A DNA stretch of 64,000 nt from Bacteroidota bacterium (GTDB taxonomy: Bacteria > Bacteroidota > Bacteroidia > J057 > JAJTIE01). Shown piece after piece: positions 37,729 through 47,352 of the stretch. Location of the stretch: the NCBI GenBank assembly GCA_019638695.1, contig JAHBTG010000002.1:14561-78560 (forward strand). The letters are read 5' to 3'. Below the pieces are notes generated by a model. The model saw only the letters and a list, made by a program, of their open reading frames with translations. It made no database searches and was not told the DNA's origin. Made by a program: the position numbers and the translations under genes. Positions within the stretch are counted from its first letter, which is position 1. Every line of letters begins with the position of its first letter.

Positions 37729-39054
37729 TTACTCTCCCTGTTCCAACCGTTGGATATGCGCACCCAGGGCGTTGAGGCGGGTGTCTATATGCTGGTACCC
37801 GCGGTCTATCTGCTCTATGTTATAGATACGACTGGTACCTTCGGCGCTCAGGGCAGCAATGAGCAGTGCTACCCCGGCGCGGATATCCGGGCTGGTCATG
37901 CTGATGCCTCTAAGGCGCTGCTGCCGTGCCAGCCCGATGACCGTAGCCCGGTGGGGATCGCAGAGTATGATCTGCGCACCCATATCTATAAGCTTATCTA
38001 CAAAGAACAGGCGGCTCTCAAACATCTTCTGGTGAATGAGCACAGTGCCCTTGCACTGGGTGGCCACTACCAGCAGGATGGAGAGCAGGTCCGGGGTAAG
38101 GCCGGGCCAGGTATGATCGCTGATAGTGAGAATGGAACCGTCGATAAAGGTATCTATCTGGCAAAGCTCCTGGGCGGGCACATGCAGATCATCTCCCTGT
38201 TCTTCCAGCACAATGCCCAGCCGGCGAAAGGTATCGGGTATCAGTCCCAGATAGGGGATATTGCACCCTTTGATGGTGAGTGCGCTTTGCGTCATAGCGG
38301 CCAGTCCTATGAAGCTGCCCACTTCAATCATATCGGCCAGCAGGCGGTGCTCCGTGCCGCCCAGGCTATCGACGCCTTCTATGGTGAGCAGGTTGCTCCC
38401 CACGCCTGAGATGCGTGCACCCATGCGATTAAGCATGGCGCACAGTTGTTGCACATAGGGCTCGCAAGCGGCATTGTAGATGGTGGTAGTACCCTGTGCC
38501 AGCACAGCTGCCATCACAATATTGGCAGTGCCGGTAACGGAAGCCTCATCCAGCAGCATATACTTGCCCTGAAGCCGCCCACTTCCGGGTGCGGTTACCG
38601 CATATACCCCGGTTTGGGTATCGTAATGAAAATCTGCACCCAATGCCATCATGCCCATAAAGTGGGTATCCAGGCGGCGGCGGCCTATCTTGTCTCCCCC
38701 GGGCTTGACCATATAAGCCTTACCAAATCGGGCGAGCAAAGGCCCCACCAGCATCACGGATCCCCGCAGGGCCATGACTTCTTTTTTGATGTCCGGCCGC
38801 AACATGCACTCCGGGTCTATGTTGCGGGACTGGAACTGCCAGGCGTCCGGCCCCAGACGGGTTACTTCTACGCCCATATGTGCCAGCAGCTCAATCAGCC
38901 GCATCACATCCAGTATCTCCGGGATGTTGCGAATGACAACGGGCTGGTCTGTGAGCAATACCGTGCAAATCACCTGCAGGGCTTCATTCTTGGCCCCTTG
39001 CGGCTGTATGACACCATTAAGACGGGCCTTGCCGGCTACTTCAAAGTACTGCAT
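37729..39054 (-). CDS. murA: UDP-N-acetylglucosamine 1-carboxyvinyltransferase
   Basis: 441 aa, full-length MurA-like (GAKNEALQ..., KPGGDKIGRRRLDTH active-site loop). Confidence 0.92.
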   Translation of the reverse strand: MQYFEVAGKARLNGVIQPQGAKNEALQVICTVLLTDQPVVIRNIPEILDVMRLIELLAHMGVEVTRLGPDAWQFQSRNIDPECMLRPDIKKEVMALRGSVMLVGPLLARFGKAYMVKPGGDKIGRRRLDTHFMGMMALGADFHYDTQTGVYAVTAPGSGRLQGKYMLLDEASVTGTANIVMAAVLAQGTTTIYNAACEPYVQQLCAMLNRMGARISGVGSNLLTIEGVDSLGGTEHRLLADMIEVGSFIGLAAMTQSALTIKGCNIPYLGLIPDTFRRLGIVLEEQGDDLHVPAQELCQIDTFIDGSILTISDHTWPGLTPDLLSILLVVATQCKGTVLIHQKMFESRLFFVDKLIDMGAQIILCDPHRATVIGLARQQRLRGISMTSPDIRAGVALLIAALSAEGTSRIYNIEQIDRGYQHIDTRLNALGAHIQRLEQGE

Positions 39055-39101
39055 GGGTTGGGGCGGTTAAGGGTATGCCCCAAGATAATAGCCGAGGCTG
39101 C

Positions 39102-39764
39102 TTAGCGCACCTTCTTTTTCTTCTTTTTGATGAGCTTGTTAGTCTTTTTAGCCGACTTACGCACATAGGCGGGCCTGCTGGCATTGCTGGCCCCCAGGCG
39201 ATTGGGCAGGAGGCCGTTGACGAGACGGGTATTCTCCCGGTCCAGCTCGGGCAGCGGCCCTCCATACAATTCTTCCAGATAGTTGAATACTACCGTATCG
39301 GAAGGCTGGGCATTGGCATGCAACTGAATGCTATGCTTCATATAGTTGGCAATGGCCAGCAAGTAGGCATTACGGGCCTCACCGGGCTCCATCATAGCTG
39401 CGCGGGCCAGCATCATCTCCACATTTTTGCCAAACTGGCGGTAACGGGCACGATGGGGGTAATAGTGCACCTTCTTGCTCAGGTCCTTGGAAGCATTCTC
39501 CGGGGGTGCTGCGGGCAGCGGATAGGGGGCATCCACCTCCATCTGATAACCCGCCAGGCGCTGGAGGTGCTCCCACAGACGTTGGTCTGGATTCTGTATA
39601 TCGGGCGCATCCGGTGTGAGCTGTGCCATGGTCCTGACGATACTATGCGCCATGCGGGTACGTTTCTCGCGGTCCGGCTCAGCCATCATGGCATTGACCA
39701 TATGCTGCACACCGCGGCCATAGGCGCGCAGCCGCAGTTGTTCTTCACTGGTATTGTATTTCAT
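39102..39764 (-). CDS. DUF4290-family protein
   Basis: 220 aa. The N-terminus MKYNTSEEQLRLRAYGRGVQHMV resembles DUF4290. Upstream of murA, as is common in Bacteroidota. Lys-rich tail. Confidence 0.55.
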   Translation of the reverse strand: MKYNTSEEQLRLRAYGRGVQHMVNAMMAEPDREKRTRMAHSIVRTMAQLTPDAPDIQNPDQRLWEHLQRLAGYQMEVDAPYPLPAAPPENASKDLSKKVHYYPHRARYRQFGKNVEMMLARAAMMEPGEARNAYLLAIANYMKHSIQLHANAQPSDTVVFNYLEELYGGPLPELDRENTRLVNGLLPNRLGASNASRPAYVRKSAKKTNKLIKKKKKKVR

Positions 39765-39898
39765 GCCTTAGGCAAGTGCTTCCAAGGGGACAAATAAGAC
39801 GGAGGCCGGAAAGTTTGTTGTTAGGACAAAGATAACAGAAAACATCCAACCAGCGTGCTTTCCACCAGCATTAAGCGGACTCAAGGCCGGACTCCTCA

Positions 39899-41629
39899 CT
39901 ACCACTCAAACGCCACCACCATGATGTCGTCCATATTTTCATAGAGGTTCATCTTCCAGTCGGCAAAGGCTTTTTCAATGGCCTCGCCCTGCCTTGCCAG
40001 GGGAAGGGAAGCAGACTGTTGCAGGACGTCGTAGAAGCGCTTGGGCGTGAGCTTGCGGCGGTCCGGGCCACCCAGCTGGTCTGTAATGCCGTCTGAGAAC
40101 ATAAACACGCGGTCGCCTTTCTGCAGCTGGAAGCTGTGATTGGTAAATTCCTGGTGCTGGATAAGCGAACCGCCAATGGGGTGGCGGTCTCCCCTCAGCT
40201 CATGGAGCTCTCCGTTGCGAATGACGAGGAGGGGGCGGTAGGCGCCGGCAAAGCTCATGGCGCCGGTCTCTTGCTGAATGCTCACCAGGGCCACATCCAT
40301 CCCGTCGTGCCCGCCATACTCTTCCTGATGGAGCGCCTCGCGCACACTGAGGTCCAGCTGGGAAAGGATGCGGGCCGGGTCTGTAAGCTCCTGCTCCATT
40401 ACTATCTGGTTGAGCAGGTTATAGCCCATAAGCGTCATGAACGCGCCGGGCACGCCATGCCCCGTGCAATCCACGGCACCCAGCATAATGTGGCCTTTCT
40501 TGTGGTTAAACCAGTAGAAATCGCCGCAAACCACGTCTTTGGCCTGGTAGAACACATAGTGATCGGGCAGATGTTTGGCTATCTGGGAGCGGCTGGGCAG
40601 GATGGAGTATTGGATGCGTTTGGCATACTCGATACTATCCATGATGTTGCGGTTCTTCTCTTCCAGCTCACTGGTACGCTGGGCCACTTTGGCCTCCAGG
40701 CTCTCATAGAGTGAAGAGTTTTGCAGGGTGGCACAGGCCGAGCGGGAGAACAGGTCCATGAATTCCAGGCGGATGGCCGTATAGTGTTCTTTATTCTTGC
40801 TCTCCAGGTAGATAATCCCCGTGATGGTATCCGACACTTCTATGCGATGGGCATAGAGGGCACGGGTGCGTCCATTGGCCACATAAGGGTCCTGTTTCCA
40901 GGTGTCATCCCGGTAAGCATGGCCCAGGGCTATATGCTCACCGTCTTCGTGCAGGGCAGTGAGTGCATACAAAGGCATGGTTTCCTTGAGCTGTGCTTCT
41001 TCCAGATGTACCAGGTCCACGTTACCCTGGTCATGGGTGGCCTGCACGGCCTTGAGGAGCACATCGCGGTCCATAAGCACCAGCACACCGTGGCTGCTGG
41101 CCGTTTTGGTAGTGGCCAGCAGGATGATCTTCTCCAGTGCGCTATTCAGGGATACTTCCTCTGCCAGCAACTGACTGCAGATATTCAGGTCTGCCAGCAT
41201 GGTCACGCGGGCATCCAGTTCCTTGTCCAGTATATAGCTCTTGGCGGCCTCCTCTATGGTCATCTGCAGATCCTTGCTATCCCAGGGCTTGGACATGTAG
41301 CGGTAGAGATTGGCATGGTTGAGGGCATTCCCCACAGCTTCGGCACTGGCCTGTCCGGTGAGCAGGATCTTGCGGATGCGGGAATTCAGCTTGTTGACTT
41401 CTGTGAGAAACTCATCCCCTTTCATGCCGGGCATTAGGTGGTCAGATATGACAATGCCCACTTCCTGGCTATCTTCCTTTATGGTTTCGCGCAGGTATTG
41501 CAGGGCGTCCTCGGCATTGTCGGCCATTTCCACCGTAAAGCGGTCACCCAGTCCCAGGCGCAGCTCTTCGCGCAAGCTGTTCAGCACTGTGACTTCGTCA
41601 TCCACACAGACGATTACCATCTTTTCCAT
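39899..41629 (-). CDS. response regulator with REC-GAF-like-PP2C/SpoIIE phosphatase architecture
   Basis: N-terminal REC (VIVCVDDE, ISDHLMPGMKG). C-terminal PP2C/SpoIIE-type region (GDFYWF..., DCTGHGVPGAFM, MFSDGITDQ). Confidence 0.8.
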   Translation of the reverse strand: MEKMVIVCVDDEVTVLNSLREELRLGLGDRFTVEMADNAEDALQYLRETIKEDSQEVGIVISDHLMPGMKGDEFLTEVNKLNSRIRKILLTGQASAEAVGNALNHANLYRYMSKPWDSKDLQMTIEEAAKSYILDKELDARVTMLADLNICSQLLAEEVSLNSALEKIILLATTKTASSHGVLVLMDRDVLLKAVQATHDQGNVDLVHLEEAQLKETMPLYALTALHEDGEHIALGHAYRDDTWKQDPYVANGRTRALYAHRIEVSDTITGIIYLESKNKEHYTAIRLEFMDLFSRSACATLQNSSLYESLEAKVAQRTSELEEKNRNIMDSIEYAKRIQYSILPSRSQIAKHLPDHYVFYQAKDVVCGDFYWFNHKKGHIMLGAVDCTGHGVPGAFMTLMGYNLLNQIVMEQELTDPARILSQLDLSVREALHQEEYGGHDGMDVALVSIQQETGAMSFAGAYRPLLVIRNGELHELRGDRHPIGGSLIQHQEFTNHSFQLQKGDRVFMFSDGITDQLGGPDRRKLTPKRFYDVLQQSASLPLARQGEAIEKAFADWKMNLYENMDDIMVVAFEW

Positions 41630-41735
41630 AGGAGCGGGAGATTAGAGCTAGTGTTCAAAAGAATGAAATTGTCTGTAAAAATATATGAAAAGAAACACAG
41701 GCAGGTACAAATAGAAAAAACTATGCGTCAGGTTC

Positions 41736-43817
41736 CTATTCTGCAGCTACCACCTGTTCCTCACTTGTTACCCCAAGCTTGCCGTTTTTATCAATGGGCA
41801 AGGAGATGCGGAACTCGCTACCCACGCCCATCTCAGAGAAGAGCTGGAGGGTTCCGCCATGTTTTTCGATGATCTTCTTGCAAATGTCCAGTCCCAGCCC
41901 AGTGCCCTCGCCTTTCTTCTTGGTGGTGAAGAATGGCTCAAATATCTTCTCGCGGATTTCCTCAGGTATACCCGGTCCGTGGTCCTTGAGACTCACCCTG
42001 GCATAATCGCCTTCCTGCCAGAGGCGGATCTCCAGCTTGCCTTTGCCGCCCATGGCCTGGATGGCATTGGTAATGATATTGGTCCACACCTGGCCTATTT
42101 CGTCTGCATTGCCCAGCACGGTATTCACCGGGGCAAAGTCCGTATGCAGGTCTATACCATGCTTCAGCTGGTTGTGATACAGTACCAGGATGGTCTCCAG
42201 GTTCTCCTGCAGCTGGATGGGCAGCAGCACATCTTCATCCTGACGACGGCTGTAGTTCTTGAGCGTAAAGACGATCTTATTGGTCTTATTGATAGCCAGC
42301 TCCACATTGCGGGTATTGCCGTATACGGCGCCCATCTGGTAGATCAGGCGGCTCATCTCATAGGCATCCGTTCCCCGGAACAGGGGCAGGTAATCTTGCA
42401 GGTTGCCGCGAATACCAGCATCGATAAGGTTGCGGCTGACATCTTCTGCCTCATCTATATCTTCATCTTCCAGCAACGTCTCAAATTGCTTGCGCAGCTC
42501 TCGCTGCTCTTTCAGAGAAAGGTGCTCCACATGCGCATTTTTCAGGACTTCCTGCAGCTTCTGCCAACAGGCCTTCTGCTCAGGGCTCATGCCGGCCACG
42601 ATAGCGGGCAGTTTACCGATCAGGTCCGGCAGGCTATCCTTGATGTTGGTCATGGAAGATTTGATAGCGCCCAGCGGGCTGTTGATCTCATGCGCCACCC
42701 CTGCCACCAACTGCCCCAGCACGGCCATCTTTTCGCTCAGGATCATCTTGTTCTGGGTGCCTTTAAGCTCTTCCAGGGCCTCTTGCAAGGCTTCTGTGCG
42801 GTCTTTCACCAATTTATCCAAATTGTTATTTACGTATTCCAGCTGCTTATTGGCATACAGCAGCTTTTCTTCCGCTGCTTTCATCTCTGCCTGGGTCTGC
42901 TTCAGCTCCTTCACGGTGCCCCACAGCTTTTCTTCCTGCCGGCGCAGGTTTCGGTTGCTCTCCCGGTTACTCTCTTCCTGGTCCCACAGCTTCTGCAAGG
43001 TATTGCCCACCACTATGGCCATTTCATTGAAGTTCTTCACCAGGTCTCCCACTTCATCCTTTTCATCATAGTCTATGGGGCGCTCCAGCTTGCCGTTTTT
43101 CACAATGTCTTTGGTCGCTTTTTTGATCTCCTTAAGGGGCTCAAAAACATTATTCTCAATAATGGCGGGCACACTGCTGCCATTTTGCCGGACCTTTACC
43201 ACCAAAAAGATGGAAAGCAACGTAACGACGCCCAGGATAACCCAGGGCAGGGGCGATGTTTTAGCTGCATCTTTCTCGGCCTGGGAAAGCAGTTCCGTAC
43301 TGGTTTCATCCAGTTTGGGAATCAGGCTCTCCATCTTCTGTGCCGTCTCCTGGATGTTTTTGAGGGCTTCGGCACGCTGCTCCTGCTCCACCTTGGCCAG
43401 CCGCTTGTCTCCAAACAGCATCGCTTCATTATCCTTTACGGCTTTTTCCAGGCTTTGGGCATGCTTCTCCAGGAGCTGAGCGGTTTCCAGCAAAGTCCCG
43501 GCATTCAGGTCGGGCTGCTCACCCAGCTCGCGGCTGCTGTTGACGATGCGCAGGGCCGCTGCCGCTGCCAATGTCTGTCCCTGGTCATTGCGCAATAAGC
43601 TGCCGCCCTTAACGGCACGCACCTGCTCCTCCAGCAAACGGGTGTTCACCTGCACCTGTGCAACCAACGTAAGGGCCTTGGGGTTTACGGCTTTGGGTTT
43701 GCCCAGCAGGATAGCAACCGATGCGCCTCCCAGGCATATCAGCAGCAGCAAGCCTGCATATGTAGCCGCTTTACCAGAGCGGGCGCTGATAAGCTCTTGT
43801 ATTCGCGTTTTAGCCAT
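41736..43817 (-). CDS. membrane sensor histidine kinase (large extracytoplasmic helical domain-HAMP-coiled coil-HisKA-HATPase_c)
   Basis: Two TM segments flank a ~170-aa helical region. HAMP. H-box AGVAHEINSPLGAI. G-boxes DHGPGIP and GTGLGLDI. Confidence 0.85.
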   Translation of the reverse strand: MAKTRIQELISARSGKAATYAGLLLLICLGGASVAILLGKPKAVNPKALTLVAQVQVNTRLLEEQVRAVKGGSLLRNDQGQTLAAAAALRIVNSSRELGEQPDLNAGTLLETAQLLEKHAQSLEKAVKDNEAMLFGDKRLAKVEQEQRAEALKNIQETAQKMESLIPKLDETSTELLSQAEKDAAKTSPLPWVILGVVTLLSIFLVVKVRQNGSSVPAIIENNVFEPLKEIKKATKDIVKNGKLERPIDYDEKDEVGDLVKNFNEMAIVVGNTLQKLWDQEESNRESNRNLRRQEEKLWGTVKELKQTQAEMKAAEEKLLYANKQLEYVNNNLDKLVKDRTEALQEALEELKGTQNKMILSEKMAVLGQLVAGVAHEINSPLGAIKSSMTNIKDSLPDLIGKLPAIVAGMSPEQKACWQKLQEVLKNAHVEHLSLKEQRELRKQFETLLEDEDIDEAEDVSRNLIDAGIRGNLQDYLPLFRGTDAYEMSRLIYQMGAVYGNTRNVELAINKTNKIVFTLKNYSRRQDEDVLLPIQLQENLETILVLYHNQLKHGIDLHTDFAPVNTVLGNADEIGQVWTNIITNAIQAMGGKGKLEIRLWQEGDYARVSLKDHGPGIPEEIREKIFEPFFTTKKKGEGTGLGLDICKKIIEKHGGTLQLFSEMGVGSEFRISLPIDKNGKLGVTSEEQVVAAE

Positions 43818-43940
43818 AGTAGTATCGTTTAGACAAGAGTTACAAAAAGGCAGTCAGGCCTGAAAGATTAAAAAAATCCGAGGCTAAAATACCACATTTC
43901 TGTGTCTGCCTCCTAGGGATTTACACCTATTTAACCAAAA

Positions 43941-44912
43941 CTATACAGGGCTGTCATCTGCCTGCGCCAGCCATTCTCTCAGATACTGCAGGGTATACGA
44001 CACATACCGGGCCTCCGCTTCATGAGACCACCCGGCAACATGCGGGGTAAGGACCACCTGCTCATAGCTGCACAGACTATCCAGTTGCGCTTGCTCCGCA
44101 GGGCTCAACCGGTCGAGCCGTTCATTCTCCAGCACGTCCAGCCCGGCTGCCTGCACCTTACCGGCTTCTAATGCCCGCAATAGTGCAGCGGTATCTGTCA
44201 CCGGGCCACGGCTGAGATTCAGGAAAAACAGGGGTTTGCGAAAGGCATTGAAGAAAGCGTCACCGGCCATATGCCGTGTCTCGGGGGTAAGCGGCACGTG
44301 CAGAGAAAGGACATCTGCCTGCGCTTGTATCTCCTCCAGAGAAGCCTCCCGGGCCCAGGCATCGGAATAATTGCGGCGGTATTTATCGTAGGCCAGCACC
44401 TGGCAGCCCAGTCCGCCCAGCTTGCGGGCAAAAGCCCCGCCGGTATTGCCATAGCCTATGATCCCCACGGTTTTCCCCCCGATCTCCGTACCGGTATTGG
44501 CGGCGCGGAGCCATTGGCCGGCACGCACCTGGGCATTTGCCACACACAGGTGGTTGGCCAGGCACAACAAGAGCGCCAGCGCATGCTCTCCCACGGCATC
44601 CCGGTTGGCCTGGGGCATCGTGAGGAGTTGCACGCCTGCTGCGGCCATAGCCCGGGTATCCAGGTGGTCTGTACCCGCACCGGTGCGGATGACCAGCCGC
44701 AATCGCGGAGCTGTGCCCAGCATGCGCGCATCCAGGCTCAGCTTGCTGCGCAATACCAGTACAGAAGCCTCCGGCAGCGCCTCCAGGGCTTCTTCAGGGC
44801 TGCACTGCGGCAGGTAAGTGCAGGGCACGCCCAAAGCACTCAACCCGGCAGGCAGGCTGTCCTGGTAATGATCTATCACAAGCACATGCGGAGGAATACC
44901 GGTGGTTAACAT
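43941..44912 (-). CDS. D-isomer-specific 2-hydroxyacid dehydrogenase (PGDH-like)
   Basis: NAD-binding motif GIIGYGNTGGAFARKL. Catalytic-domain signature LTPHVAGWS. ATG at 44912; the track ORF starts at a TTG at 44936. Confidence 0.8.
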   Translation of the reverse strand: MLTTGIPPHVLVIDHYQDSLPAGLSALGVPCTYLPQCSPEEALEALPEASVLVLRSKLSLDARMLGTAPRLRLVIRTGAGTDHLDTRAMAAAGVQLLTMPQANRDAVGEHALALLLCLANHLCVANAQVRAGQWLRAANTGTEIGGKTVGIIGYGNTGGAFARKLGGLGCQVLAYDKYRRNYSDAWAREASLEEIQAQADVLSLHVPLTPETRHMAGDAFFNAFRKPLFFLNLSRGPVTDTAALLRALEAGKVQAAGLDVLENERLDRLSPAEQAQLDSLCSYEQVVLTPHVAGWSHEAEARYVSYTLQYLREWLAQADDSPV

Positions 44913-44979
44913 AACGGAGAAGCTTTGGCCCTGCAACCTACTTAATTTCTATTTTTGTAAGCTCGCTTGTGTTGCCATC

Positions 44980-46030
44980 ATGCGCTGGGGATATTACCTT
45001 ATCTTATTTTTTCTGTGGAGTGCTCATGCCTTGCATGCACAAGACGATACGCTGCCGGATACTACCCGCACCGGGCGCCACACACCAGACCTGACGGACC
45101 TCATAGATGAGGTGGACCTTATCAGTCTTGGCAGAAACAGGGCTGACACGATAGACTATTGGAAAACCGGAGCCAAGATTTCCCTGCAATATGCAATGGT
45201 CAACCTGAGCAACTGGGCCCAGGGAGGAGAAAATTCCATATCGTTAAACACCACCGGCAACCTGTTTGCCAAGTATTCCCGGGACAAGATCAGCTTCCAG
45301 ACCATCATGGACATGGCCTTTGCCCTCCAGCGCATAGGGCCCAATGCGGTGCGCAAGAATGAAGACCGTTTTGACTGGAATACCACCTTTGGTTATAAAG
45401 CCGCCGAAAAACTGGATTACGCAGCCCCTGGTGGTTCACAACCTCCGGTCTCAATTTGCGCCCGGCTTCAATTACCCTAACGATTCCATAGTGGTCTCCC
45501 GTTTTTTTTCACCTGCATTTGTAGTAACCTCGCTGGGGATGGAATACAAACCCAACAAGCACCTGCGGATCAACCTTTCGCCGGCTTCGGGCAAATTTAC
45601 CTTTGTGACCAATCAGCTCCTGGCCGACCAGGGCCGTTTTGGGGTGGAACCCGCCGTACTGGACGCCGACGGCCGGGTGGTGCGGAGGGGCAAACGGGTG
45701 CGCTATGAGTTTGGCGCTTCGCTTTTCGCCCGTTTTACCAAGGAAATACTGCCTAATATTACCCTGGACCTGAAACTGGACCTGTTCAACGGCTATGCAG
45801 ACCCCAAGCCCTATAACCGCGGGAACATAGATGTCAACTCAGAAAATACCATCCGCCTCAAGGTCAACAAGTATATATCGGCCAACCTGTTTGCCCAGGT
45901 CATCTATGACCAGGACATTGCCGTGCCGCTCTACCAGATGCAGGAGAATGTGCGGGTGCAGGTGGGTACAGGCCCCCGCACACAGTTCAAGCATGTGTCC
46001 GGAGTGGGCTTTACCATCTCCTTTGAGTAA
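44980..46030 (+). pseudogene. DUF3078-like outer-membrane protein gene interrupted by a +1 frameshift (or a sequencing error) at the C4 run 45425-45428
   Basis: Two overlapping ORFs (44980-45480 and 45344-46030) join into one plausible protein (...GYKAAEKLDYAA/LVVHNLRSQFAPGFNYPND...) if one C is removed. Confidence 0.55.
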
Positions 46031-46039
46031 GACCTGCCT

Positions 46040-46417
46040 TTAGTTAAGGGCGGCAGAATCCTGGCGAAAACGATGGATGAGGTTACGCTCATCCTGGCTG
46101 AGCACCTTGTCTGCCAGAGATACTTTTTCCAGGATATTCAGCAGCTTGGGGCGTGCATGTGCATACTCGGTAGGCACCTTGGCAAAAGCTTCCATAGCTT
46201 CTGAATAAGCGGTCTCAGAATCGGCCTTCAGTTGCTGCAGGCGGGAAAGCTCTGCAAAGGTAGTGCTGCCTTTGGAGCTCATATCCCGGTCTCCAAATTC
46301 CTTGAGCAAAGACTGCGCCACCTGCTCCACCTCTGCGCTGTCAATTTTACCATCGGCACAGACCAGCGCATAGATCAGGCTGCCCATACCACTGTAGAAG
46401 TTCTTTGTATAAACCAT
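46040..46417 (-). CDS. TerB-like small protein
   Basis: 125 aa from ATG 46417. ADGKIDSAEVEQV and LADKVLSQDERNLI resemble TerB-family repeats. The longer track ORF overlaps the next gene. Confidence 0.45.
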   Translation of the reverse strand: MVYTKNFYSGMGSLIYALVCADGKIDSAEVEQVAQSLLKEFGDRDMSSKGSTTFAELSRLQQLKADSETAYSEAMEAFAKVPTEYAHARPKLLNILEKVSLADKVLSQDERNLIHRFRQDSAALN

Positions 46418-46535
46418 AGTTGAGTTTTTGATAGACAAATGCCAGCATCCTGGCCAAAACAAGCGCAAAGTTATAGCTAATGCCGTATTGCCAAACACCC
46501 GCCCGCAAACAAATCCAGCGGCAAAGCCGGGGAAA

Positions 46536-47297
46536 TTATACCGCAGCCAGTTCCTTCTGCAGCTGGGTATAGCGGGGATTAAGCAGGTCCAGCAGCCGGC
46601 CATGCTCATAAATAGGCAGCACGGCATGCGTATCCTTCTTCATGCAATACTTGACATCCTCCTGGAGGTTCAGGTGAATGAGGCGGAAATAATGGCTGCT
46701 GCGCTCAAAGAAACGACGCTTCTGCAGATTAGCACTCCAGAAAAAGGTGCGGGCTATCTGGGCCGCATCATCCATACTGTCAAAATGGTGCCCGAGAAGC
46801 CTGGCCACGGCGCCGGCAAAGATGGTATCCTCCATATTGACCCGGTTCTTCCAGCCGCTGCAGAGCAACAGTACATTACTGTTCTGCGCCAATAGCCATT
46901 GGTTCAGCACAGACATATTGGAGAAAGCGCCTATGACAATCTTTGGTGCGCCCAGCTGGTGCGCCAGGTGCAGCGCCTGGGTGCCGTTGGTGGTGGTCAT
47001 GGCCAGGTGCCGCCCGGCAATATCCGGCCGCATATAAGAATAAGGGCTGTTGCCAAAGTCAAATCCCGGGATCATCTCCCCATTCCGCTCGGCAGCCGCC
47101 AGGTACCCTTTGGCTTTCCACTGGCTGCATTCCTCTATGGTCTCCACAGGAACAATGCTGGACACCTGATGGCCGAATGCCACACACATGGAAGTGGTAG
47201 CCCGCAGGATATCAATCACCACCACCACATACTCCTCTACCTTAAAAGTAGGCAACAGCGCCGGAGTGAGGCAGACATGCAGGCGGTTTTTATCCAT
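46536..47297 (-). CDS. 2-phosphosulfolactate phosphatase (ComB) family protein
   Basis: VVVIDILRATTSM motif typical of ComB. About 250 aa. An alternative start at 47360 exists. Confidence 0.6.
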   Translation of the reverse strand: MDKNRLHVCLTPALLPTFKVEEYVVVVIDILRATTSMCVAFGHQVSSIVPVETIEECSQWKAKGYLAAAERNGEMIPGFDFGNSPYSYMRPDIAGRHLAMTTTNGTQALHLAHQLGAPKIVIGAFSNMSVLNQWLLAQNSNVLLLCSGWKNRVNMEDTIFAGAVARLLGHHFDSMDDAAQIARTFFWSANLQKRRFFERSSHYFRLIHLNLQEDVKYCMKKDTHAVLPIYEHGRLLDLLNPRYTQLQKELAAV

Positions 47298-47352
47298 GGG
47301 ACAAGACTGGGAACTGCAAATATACCATAGGCAACCTGACAGCACCGCAAAC

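Noticed and set aside
41859-43598. 579-aa plus-strand ORF, plus other antisense ORFs in 42403-43863
   Set aside because: They are antisense to a histidine kinase with clear H-, N- and G-boxes. Composition is Leu/Gln/His-biased, typical of shadow ORFs.
46418-46627. N-terminal 70-aa extension of the TerB-like ORF
   Set aside because: The extension overlaps the 3' end of the upstream ComB-like gene and is Cys/Trp-rich nonsense-like sequence. ATG 46417 gives a sensible protein.
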